Below are positions 53,711 to 64,000 of a stretch of DNA of 64,000 nucleotides, piece by piece; the stretch's first letter is position 1; the number at the start of each line of letters is the position of its first letter. The stretch spans positions 21,700,001-21,764,000 of the forward strand of contig CM022673.1 in assembly GCA_012295275.1 (NCBI GenBank), read 5' to 3'. The DNA is from Chrysomallon squamiferum (Eukaryota > Animalia > Mollusca). A program made the position numbers and the translations under genes. The notes beneath the pieces were generated by a model. It was not told the origin of the DNA, made no database searches, and saw only the letters and a program-made list of their open reading frames with translations.

Positions 53711-56700
53711 TCATTATCTCTTTCATTTATAGATAAGTATCATTTTTAATACCTAACTGTCAAGGTAAGACTTGTTTCTATTCTAAAAATGAAACATAAA
53801 TATCTGGAGAATAGCTTCTCAATTTTACATTCGTTGATTTCTTGTTATCTGGTTTCTGAAAAGAAACAAAAACAAAAGCTTTAAATTGTCTGAGTTCATT
53901 GTTAATTTATTTTCTGAAAGTTAAAATTAAGAAATTATCTGAATGTATGTATATTAAATTAGTAAATGATTTAAATTTTAATATCACATTTGTATATTAT
54001 TTTTTAATTCTCTTGTTGTACAACACACTGAAATGACATTCATTTAATAAGGCATAATTTGTATTACACTGAAATATGTGCCTATTTTAAAATATATAAT
54101 TTATTTTAGACATTAAGTCATGTGGAAAAAGACCTCGCTGTGAAAACGAAGGGTACGCTGGATATCAAGACAACACGTGTAAATGCATTTGTCCAGAAGG
54201 CTTAGATTACAGGACGCACTGTAAAACGATTAGAAGAGAACGTAAGTATCTCAGTTATTAACTGTGTTACTTTAACGGATCCACAAACTCTTTATTTGCT
54301 TTTTCGTTATTTCCAGCTGACGTTGCTTCATGGCCTGACACTGATCTGAAGCTACTGAAATGCAAGGAAGGATGTCCTGAGGGTTTGGTATCATCCACTG
54401 TCACTATACACCACGTTACCGGTTTTACGACGTCATCTAGGTACAGCTTAAAGTCGAGATTTACTGCTAATACATTGATATTTGAACTCTGCCATAAGAA
54501 AAATGCCCAGAACAAGCAAAATTGGCATCATGGAGAAGTGTCATTTTTTATGAATTCAACCTGTCAAGGTAAGACTTGTCTCTAGTCTAGATATTAAACA
54601 TAAATAACTGGAGACGAGCGTCTCAATTTTACATTCGTTCATTTCTTGTTATCTGATTTCTGAAGAGAAACAAAAAAACAAAGTGTTTAAAAGTTCTTGG
54701 TTCATTGTTATTTTATTTTCTGAAAATTAAAATTAAGAAATTATCTGAATGTATGAATACTAAATTAGTAAATGATTTTTATTTTTATTATGACATTAGT
54801 GAATTATTTTATTAATTTTAATAGTTTTATTAACTATATAGAAAAATCTTGAGAAACGAGCTTAAATTTTTTATTTCCAAGGCAGTATTCTGTTTCTTCT
54901 TTAGGTCTTTATAAAAAAAAACTTTTTTTCGATGACGGAAAGACTGAAGAGAGCCAGACATTGTGTTCAGACTACGGACTCATTAAATTTGCACTGAGAG
55001 GAGTCCCATCACGAGGCCAGTTCGCTTTGTTCACGACCAACTCAAGATGCCAGGAAATAGACGGTTTGCTTTATTGTCAGTCATATCGGGGTGATGGGAA
55101 TATAACTATTGGATAACCATGCGGTTTATAAAAAACATTTATTTAACATAGGCTTAAAAGATCAAAATCACGATTATATCGTAGAATCAAAAAATTTTAA
55201 AATATTAAATAGTGAAAATATCATATAAAGAGAAAGTGCAGTCAAGGTGTTGTTTAGCTGGTAATAACAATACTGAACATCTATTAAATTATATGTAATT
55301 TTTTCTTCGGCTAACACTCTCTCTCGTACCTGTATAATTTGTGATACATAAAATAGTAATGACATTTAATAATATAAGAAGATTCTCATGATACATTATT
55401 AAGTTTGTTTATCATATACGCAAATATTCACAATACAAAAAATAACACAAATTCATTCTTGCCTTGAATCTGCTGATTTTTAACAAAGGTGTGGCGGACT
55501 ACTTTACCCGTAATACTATTTTGTTAACACAGTCATATTTCCACTATATAAAGTCTATATCAAGATATATCTTCATTAAATGAAATTTACATCATGAGCT
55601 TTAAAAATATACGAATTAAGAATAAAAAATCAAAAAATCAAAAAATTAAAACTGAATATCAACTGTCTTTCAGCTGAAATATATCTGTGTTTGTACAAAA
55701 ATGTAACTATTGGGTTACCGTGTGCTGTGGAAAAAATATTTGTCTAACATAGGTTAAGAAGAAGAACATCATGACAATATCGTTGAATCAAAGAAATTTT
55801 AAAATAATAAGCAATAAAATACGATTATTTCAAAATAAGAAGCCCCTACAAAATAAACAACAAAACAAACAAACAAACAAAAAAAAACAAAAAAAAAAAC
55901 ATCAAAACAGCACAATCTAAATCAAAATGTTATTGTTTTTAACAGGTTTTATTGCTGAGGAACAGTATTTCACGATTTACCTTTATAAAACAATGGCAGT
56001 ATATAAAATATTTACGTACAATGGTGGCAGTCAAACTCTGAAATATTGTGTATATACACCTTTAAAATACAGTAAGTATAATAGATCAGTGATCTGCAAA
56101 ACGTTTTTTCTATTAAAATAACAAATAATCATTATTAGTATTATACTTCAAAAAATCAAAAGGGCACGAAATGTTATTTTGGAGTTAGGGTAAGCCCTGG
56201 TTTTAAAATTTAAGCACAATGATAAACAGATTTTCGGAAAAGAAAATCTTTAAAGAGTTCTGTATGACAAAATGAAACTGAATAAAGAACGTTAATACAA
56301 AACATTTCTATAACCGAGTCATTGCAATTTAATTTTGGGTTTGTAAAATTTGTATTAGAAAATAAATTTAAAAATAACTAAAATGTTCGTTTGCTAGTTT
56401 TTGCAGTTCTTAGATAAAATTAATTTGGATTTCAACTCTGCTAGTATCAGACGTCCGTGGGTTGATAGAACACTCTGTTATTATCTGCAATTAATATTAA
56501 GTGTTATGTTCTCGCTCACCTATCGCAGATATTTGTGAAGACAAAGAAAGGATTGATTTGAGTGACTGGATAGGATATACTCATGTATTTTTAATATCTT
56601 ACACTGACATTATTTAAATTCATACCTGAAGAGATAAACTAACAGCTAGCAGATGTCATTCTTAATTGAATCCAGAAGTGAATATAAAAACTGATATTTT

Positions 56701-58410
56701 AGAGTTCAAAATAAAGATTCGTACGTTCCCAACAGTCAAAAAAGACACTGCATATAAGTTAGACGGTGGACTGAAAACAGATTCAATTCAGTTTATGTAA
56801 AACATAAATAATAATAATAATAAAAAGAAAAAATGTGCCCACATAGGGTTACATATATCAGTTTAAAAGAAAGCGCGCACAAAACATGTATAAATTACAA
56901 GTGATACCGACACGTCATGAATTATTATTATAAACTAAAAAGTGCTGTTAAAACACCTAAGAAAAAGCGTCGATGAAGTATGTTGATGTAGACACTGGTC
57001 GCTAGCATCTATAACTGATCAGGGTTTGGTATTTTCAGTGTATTTGTCATCTGATGATTTTCTTAATGTTAAGTAATACGCAATTACCATGAACGAAATT
57101 TCGAATAAATTTATTGCCTATTTCTAGTTGCTTAGTGACAGGATATGAATATTGATAATTTAGTATTGTGATTTTACGTCTCCTGTCACCATCACAGCTA
57201 CCACCGTCAGCATCATCACCACAACTACCTCCATCACCAGCATCACCACAACTACCAGCAGCACCAGTTTTAATTCTGGTTGCATATTATTACTTATCTG
57301 AACTGAGTAACGGCGCACACATATACATACAACACATACACGCACAGAGAAATTAGTCAACTACTGCAGTTGTTATTTATGTATTTATTAATTTATTGTG
57401 ATTTCAGATTGTGGTAGTGTAATTGAACTCACGGCGTCGAAGCGTTTTGTGACGATTCAGTCACCAAACTTTCCCAGTAGATACCCCCAAAATACTGAAT
57501 GCAACTGGATAATAAAGGTATTTTAAAACTGAACGTGAAAACAATGTAGACCTCATTTTCTTTCATCAGCACCATGATTGTGATCACTATATTCTTCTTG
57601 TCCTCTGCTACCGCTCCATTATTATTATTATATTTTTAATTCATGACTAAATGTATCCACAAACAAGAGAACCCAATACGAATATGCGGCCTCTCAAAAT
57701 CTCAGTATTTGTTCTTTGCTTGTTACACTTTGATCATTTACAAGACATAATATTTGAAAAATTAGACTAAATTTATTAGGAAATTATCTGCATTATCGTT
57801 TTCTTGTTAATAAATACTTGAAACTGAATATTTAAGAAATGCTAACGGAGCAAGATTTAGGATTCGTTTCGCATCTTTGCTGCTTTTTCCCACACTTAAT
57901 ACCGAGCCTGATTGTTTAAAGACATAAATTTTCTTTAATAGTAAACAAGGATTCATTAATAAATAATAATTAAATAAAAAACCTTTAATAAAATTTTATT
58001 TAAATATATAAAATCGAAACTGAATTTCTATTCATAACATTAATAATTTCTGCAATACTGAAAATGTTTATGCAACGTATTTATTAACAAAATGTAGATA
58101 CGAAATTTAAATTACAAATATGTAGTCTTTTTTTAATGTAGTCTTTTCACAATAGCAAAATAAATAAATGTCATTAATTAATTTCGCTTTGACATGACGT
58201 TGAACTAAAAGGGTAGACATTTTTTTTTAAAGTGCACTGAGAAAATTGCAGCCTGAATAAAATGTAAACAGCAGAACGTCATCGAAACAGTATAAAAAAT
58301 ATTATTTTCTTTTAGATTTATTTTTCTTTGTTTGTCTAGTAATTTGGAGGTTTTATAAAATATATTTTTTCTTTTTTCTTTATTAATTATTGTTGTTGTT
58401 GATGTCGTTG

Positions 58411-58448
<38 letters not shown>

Positions 58449-59502
58449 ATTACTATTATTATTATTAGTAACTTTTTAAAAATAAAATACTCCTTAACAG
58501 ATATAACATTTACGTAGATCCAGTGATATGTTATCTCTTTGTCCTTGGACTAATGTTTAATCTTTTTTGATCTTTATACAAAAGTAATAACTTACATATA
58601 CCTGCGTGATTTAATTGTTTGTAAAAAACTAAACCTGGATTTACTTTTCTTATTTTTCCCTAGGAGTTTGGACGTTTCTAAATATATTATTATTATTATT
58701 TAGAAATAAAATATTCCGTAACGGATATAGTATTTACAATGGTCCAGAAATATGTCATAGCTCTGTCCTTGAACTAACATTTTGCTAAATATATTTACAT
58801 GTGCATTTTAATTATTTTTCATATTGTGAATATTGATGACATAATTTTCTTTGTGAAGAATAATAATAAAAAAGATTATATTTCCGACCAACTTACTAAA
58901 TGGTTTCTGTGACAGTCAAAGCCATAAATTAAACAAACAAACAAATATCCTGGTACAACAATACCTCTGTTTATCTCATGGAAATAATTATAAATTAATT
59001 ACAGGTGGGAGAAGGAGAACGCATCAAAGCAGAATTTCTTCATTTTGATATTAACACCTACGATAACTTCAACTACAGGAGATACATTCTCAGTTCTGTA
59101 CCTACCAGAATGTAAGTAATATTTAGTTAAAAGCACCTCCGCATTTTCATGAAATACTATTTACAGCTATCAAATGACTAATTTGAATTTAAAATACCGC
59201 AGCTGTCATCCCCTGAAAAGCTTTTCCCATTCACATTTAGCAGGACCCACATTTGATTGTGTATATTCTTAGCTCTGCAAATCGGGCGAAGTCGTTAAAA
59301 ACAAGCAAAACCAACCAAAATGGAAATTCAAGTTGAGAAGCCTTTATCCGAAATCCTTGGGACTGAAAGTGGTTCAGATTTCGAAATTTGTGCATAAAAT
59401 AGAATTAGTGAAAACTATTTCTGTTGCTCGGAAAATGTTTCGGATTTTTGATTTTTGGAATTTCGAGTATGGGTGACTTGACTTGTATTATCAATCAAAC
59501 AA

Positions 59503-59547
<45 letters not shown>

Positions 59548-61505
59548 AAAACAAACAAACAACAACAACAAAATAAACAAAAACAAACAACCAATGTAAA
59601 ATCAATCGTTTTTCTTTTGTTCAGAACGAAGAAACGTCTTCCAGGCAACATTGTATCCATATTCAATCGCTTGGCCATACAGTTCAGAACAGGAGCTGTG
59701 GGAGATGGTGGATCTGGTTTTAAAATAAAGATTACACGACTCGGCGGTAAGAATAAAAACTACTAACAATGCTTGGTGATTTGATAGCTTTGTCTTCAAT
59801 TTAGTGAAATCTGTACGGCAAATCCGGTAAATGTTACTTAGGCTGGTTTTAAACAAACCTGACAGGTTTAACAAAAGCTGGATGTATGGGGTTATCGAGG
59901 ATCTTTGTTTGCGGGGAGGGAGACAAAACGTATGTTTGCACAAACAGTTCTCGTTTATGAATGTAAGAGGAAGCTGATTTATATATGTAAACATTGTCAG
60001 CTGCAAGGTGTGGCCCAATCTTCTCGCCGCACCTCTAAACACGCCAGTGAATATATATATGGTATACATGTTTTATGAACGTTGTCTTTGAAATAGTATG
60101 TAAAACACCAAGTACATGTGTTTATCCAGCTCATTAGTTTCAGTTTTTATAAAACTGATTGAATAGAAAACCTCAGATTAGAACCTCACTAAGAAAACAA
60201 TAATAATAAAAAAATAATAAATAAATAAAAACAAAAACAAAACCAGAGCACAACACAACTATCTGTAACAAAGAACAGTAAGCTGTGATATGAATAATAT
60301 CACCTTTAAAACAATGCAAAAGAAAATGGAAAATGTTACATTATTTAAGAAACTGGTTTGTTTGTCTAGGATGTTCCTGTTGTTGGTATTGTCATTGTGT
60401 TTGTTGTTACTATTATCAGCTGAAGACTACTGTTACAACATATACGACAGAGGTGCAAGTTACGACGGCAACTGGAACTACGCCATTGACGGAACAGAAT
60501 GTCTTCCATGGGAACTGCGATATAACAAAGATTTTACACTACACGGTTTTTCTGATTTTAATGGGTATTTTGTTTGTAATAATAATTATAGTAAACTAAA
60601 ATTTGAAGAAAACTCAAATGTTGAAAGTAGAATAGCATCACAATAATAACAATAAATAAAAGAAAAATAACGAAAAAAAGAATGTTATAATGATTTTTTA
60701 GATTTTTATAACTGTTTTCTAGGACTACCGCTGATTTTCTCAAAGGAGCAGTGTGCAGAAACCCGCAGGGGAAACTGAACGCGCCAGCGTGCCTGACTTT
60801 CGCCGAGAGAGGCAACTACTCCATAAGATACTGTGATGTTTGTCACATCGGTAAGTAACAGCGTATGATGCACGCTGTAAGTAAATAAGTCAGTATAATG
60901 TCTGAATATTTCAGTAGATTACCTAAATATTTAAGCATATCTACACTTTGAATGGCATTTTAAAAATAATTTTAAATAAAAAAATAGAGACAGATTATTA
61001 AAAATGATTTCTATTCATTAATCCTAATTAGTTATTTTTATTTATAAGACAGAAAGAGTTGCTGGAAATATAAAATATTTTTGAACGGGATATTGACGTG
61101 TTTTCAGAACATGGTATAAAAGACGTAGATGATAATTGTCTGAAGGCAGTGTCCACTGACCCAGGAATCTGTTCTGGCCAAACTGCAGGAAAATGTCTTA
61201 AAACGTGTGCATCGTTACGTCACATTAATATACCAGCGGTACCAGTCAGTACGTTATATTTTCACTCTTTGAGTGAATCTCTCTATTCATCTTTCTGTCT
61301 TGTATCAGAGACTATTATGCCTCCACACACACACAGACACACACACACACACACACCTATATATACAGACACAAATACTCATAAATACACAGACAAACAC
61401 AAACGCACACATGCACATACACAAACCACTTTGTCATTGTATCAAACTGAATATGACATTATAAAATGTTTGTTTTTCCTCCAGTAAAACAGGTTACTTG
61501 TCCAT

Positions 61506-61537
<32 letters not shown>

Positions 61538-62281
61538 TATATACAGACACAAATACTCATAAATACACAGACAAACACAAACGCACACATGCACATACAC
61601 AAACCACTACACTTATACATATGTACACAAACTGAATATGATGGTTGCATTATAAAATGTGTTTGTTTTTCTTGTACTTTCAGTAAAACAGGTTACTTGT
61701 CCATCACCCCCGATTCAGCAAGGTCAAGTGAATGGTATACGATCAAAATATCATCCTGGGGATGAAATTCAATTCAAATGTCAAAATGGTTTTGTTAAAC
61801 TTGCTTGTACAACGTCTGGGAAATGGACAGAATGGAAGGAACCTTGCTTAGGTAATAAATAAATAAATAAATAAATAAATACTTTTTTGTACTTACGTAT
61901 TTGTTTGTTTGTTTATTTGTTTGTTTGTTTGTTTATTTATTATTCTTCCACTAAGGTTGTCCTCCTAGCTGGGCCGAGTTCATGGGGAAATGCTATAAAA
62001 TGGTAGCTCGTTCTGACTCGTGGTTTTCTGCGAAAAGTTACTGCAAGGACAACTTTGCCGCTACATTAGTGAACATTAAAACATTCGCTGTCAACGACTT
62101 CCTCGTCAAATGGAGATTCATTCGTAAGGTAATGACTGTGATTTTTTTTGTTGTTGGATCACAATGTGAATGCTTTTGCTAACTTCTACTACAAACTGCT
62201 ACTACTGATAAAATCAATATTAATCATTTGATTCTGATAAATAAAAGTAAAAACTAATGTTTGTTTGTGTTTCTGTGTGTA

Positions 62282-62333
<52 letters not shown>

Positions 62334-63621
62334 CTATATATGTATGTATGTATTTTCATGAAATAGTATATATATATATATATATATATATATGGTTTAA
62401 TATTTTTCTTATCTTACTTAGAGTGGAAGATCGGTGGTGGGTGGGTGGAAGAAGATGGAGTGAACTGTGGAAGTGGGATGATGGATCTAAAATTAAAGAT
62501 TTCGAAACTAAACGGCTCTTTAATCTTTGGAGTAAATAAATTTCCTTTTACTTAATCAAGAAACATACTGGTATTTATCGCTGTCGCTGTTTATGTTCGT
62601 GTGTGAATGGGAAAAAATGTTGGTGGTCTAATACATTTTTTTATTTTACACTAACATGTGTACACGTAAAGTTGATGTTAATAATTTTTGATTCACTAAA
62701 GAAGAATATTATAAACCGCGTGAAGATATTAGAAAAGAAAAATTCAGTGTATATAAAAATCATTTTATATAATAGAAAATAATATTATATCTACTTATAT
62801 ACCACGATATCTATTTCATTACAATATTTTTTTCATTTTGACTGACCTTACATTTATTTTTTAGTTTATTGTTATTTCTCTGTTATCATCAGATATGTGT
62901 CATAATTTGTTATCCCTGTGAATTCCTGTGATATTAGACATTATTTATTATTTCTGTGAATTTATGTGATATATGTCATTATATTTTTTCTGTGGGTTCA
63001 TGTATTATATGTCATTGTTTGTTATTTCTGTGAATTCATGGGTTATATGTCATTATTTGTTATTCCTGTGAGTATATGCGATATATGCTATTACTTGTTA
63101 TTTCTTGACTTCATGTGATAAAGTTCATTATTCGTTATTTCTGTGAATTCATAAAATAAATTTCATTATTTTTTCTTTCTGTGAATTAATAGAATGAATT
63201 TCATTATTGGTTAATCTGTCGCCTCATATAATAAATTTCATTATTGGTTCTCGCTGTGAATTAATGTGATAAACATCATTACTTGGTATAAATTCATACA
63301 TCCATATGTCTACATCTATATTTGCATCTTGATACCTTCATAAATATATTTTATTTTATACAGATCGTTGGTATTTGAGATGTACTCTGCACGGAAGTGG
63401 AAAAGAATGGAATGTGGCTAGATGTAATGACTATAATAACTATATTTGCGTTAAACGACTAACAGGTACGTCTAGCAGTAACGACAAACATATGAAGGAG
63501 AGTTAGTTATACATAAAAAGCTAAAAACAGAGTAAGAATATATATATACACACACATACACACACATACACATGTATATCTGTATGTATGTATGTTTTTT
63601 TTATATAATATGTAATGAGAT

Positions 63622-63690
<69 letters not shown>

Positions 63691-63707
63691 GAAAAATATC
63701 AGGTCTT

Positions 63708-63779
<72 letters not shown>

Positions 63780-63960
63780 TGTGTTATACTAGTGATAAAA
63801 TTAATGTAATGACTTCTAACAGGGAGTCCTATGAAGTGCACAGATCGTAAAGAGGAATGTTCAACTCTGCTAAATGAAAACCCGAGAGCCTGCTTAGACC
63901 CTGTTATAAAAACCAACGTTTGTCCGTACACGTGTGGCGCTGATGTTTGTAAAGCAGAGG
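49563..63960 (+). CDS. Secreted astacin-family mosaic metalloprotease, paralog B (3' end runs off the window)
   Basis: 22 exons seen: 49563-49634 (signal MNLTILLTALLWF), 50188-50287 (RMKR..WKRWPKGIIP), 50703-50826, 50911-50971, 51353-51458 (HELYHTIGGLHE), 52494-52600 (Met-turn SPMLY), 53418-53541, 54110-54241 (EGF), 54317-54568, 54905-55063, 55946-56071 (ApeC-like), 57408-57517, 59005-59111, 59625-59746 (CUB), 60420-60564, 60723-60850 (kringle), 61108-61248 (ShK-like), 61684-61851 (sushi), 61956-~62128, ~62422-62531, 63364-63465 (CTL), 63823-63960 (ShK). The exon 19/20 junction has an unresolved phase. Confidence 0.85.
51566..52390. repeat. Local direct duplication within intron 5 of gene B, with a (CTA)n tract in the first copy
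   Basis: GTTTAAACTGTACTTGACATAGTTCTAAG..TTATCCATGCAGTCTGTATATCTT..CGAAAAATATATAAAC occurs at about 51566-51720 and again at about 52140-52290. Confidence 0.85.
53757..54800. repeat. Direct repeat of about 240 bp that includes the exon 9 donor site
   Basis: CTGTCAAGGTAAGACTTGT..CAATTTTACATTCGTT..AAATTAAGAAATTATCTGAATGTATG at about 53757-54000 and 54561-54800. Confidence 0.85.
59329..59485. mobile_element. Tigger/pogo-derived MITE (MER46/Tigger4-like ends)
   Basis: Begins CAAGTTGAG..TTATCCGAAATCCTTGGGAC, contains TTCGGATTT repeats and ends ..CTTGACTTG followed by TA. Confidence 0.6.
61322..61708. repeat. Tandem duplication of about 190 bp including the exon 18 acceptor of gene B
   Basis: CACACCTATATATACAGACACAAATACTCATAAATACACAG..CAGTAAAACAGGTTACTTGTCCATCAC is present twice. 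Confidence 0.9.
62865..63290. repeat. Degenerate minisatellite with a unit of about 33 bp (TGTCATTATTTGTTATTTCTGTGAATTCATGTGATA-like), roughly a dozen copies
   Basis: Head-to-tail degenerate copies with no unique spacers, in an intron of gene B. Confidence 0.85.
63627..63777. repeat. Inverted microsatellite pair (AG)n / (CT)n
   Basis: (AG)n at 63627-63685 and (CT)n at 63710-63777, separated by 24 nt. Confidence 0.95.
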
Positions 63961-64000
63961 GTAAAATATTATTGTTATTATTATTATTATTTTTATTATT

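Noticed and set aside
62865-63290. ~33-bp periodic repeat resembling a CRISPR array
   Set aside because: It has no unique spacers and no cas genes, and lies in a eukaryotic intron; it is a minisatellite.

Overview
This is AT-rich, microsatellite-rich eukaryotic (animal) genomic DNA with GT-AG introns; it is not prokaryotic. The repeat style and gene content suggest an invertebrate, possibly a mollusc or cephalopod, but this is inference. Manual splicing gives a mirror-image arrangement: astacin-like mosaic gene A (-, 7327-23580), hnRNP A/B paralog 1 (+, 26827-31888), hnRNP A/B paralog 2 (-, 38291-44150) and astacin-like mosaic gene B (+, 49563 to beyond the window end). This is an old inverted duplication of a head-to-head gene pair. 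The mosaic genes encode secreted proteins of about 1170 aa: signal, furin site, astacin, EGF, ApeC-like, CUB, kringle, ShK-like, sushi, C-type lectin, ShK, sushi and an unassigned C-terminal domain. The window also holds an intronless orphan ORF of about 694 aa with CRE/TATA promoter motifs, two Tc1-like remnants, hAT and Tigger-like MITEs, and a probable decayed LINE. The main leads are the mosaic protease architecture, a near-identical ShK exon between otherwise divergent paralogs, and a candidate UAGG/stem-loop/3'UTR-intron autoregulatory module in hnRNP paralog 1. Exon coordinates were derived by eye, and domain calls come from motif recognition, not database searches.
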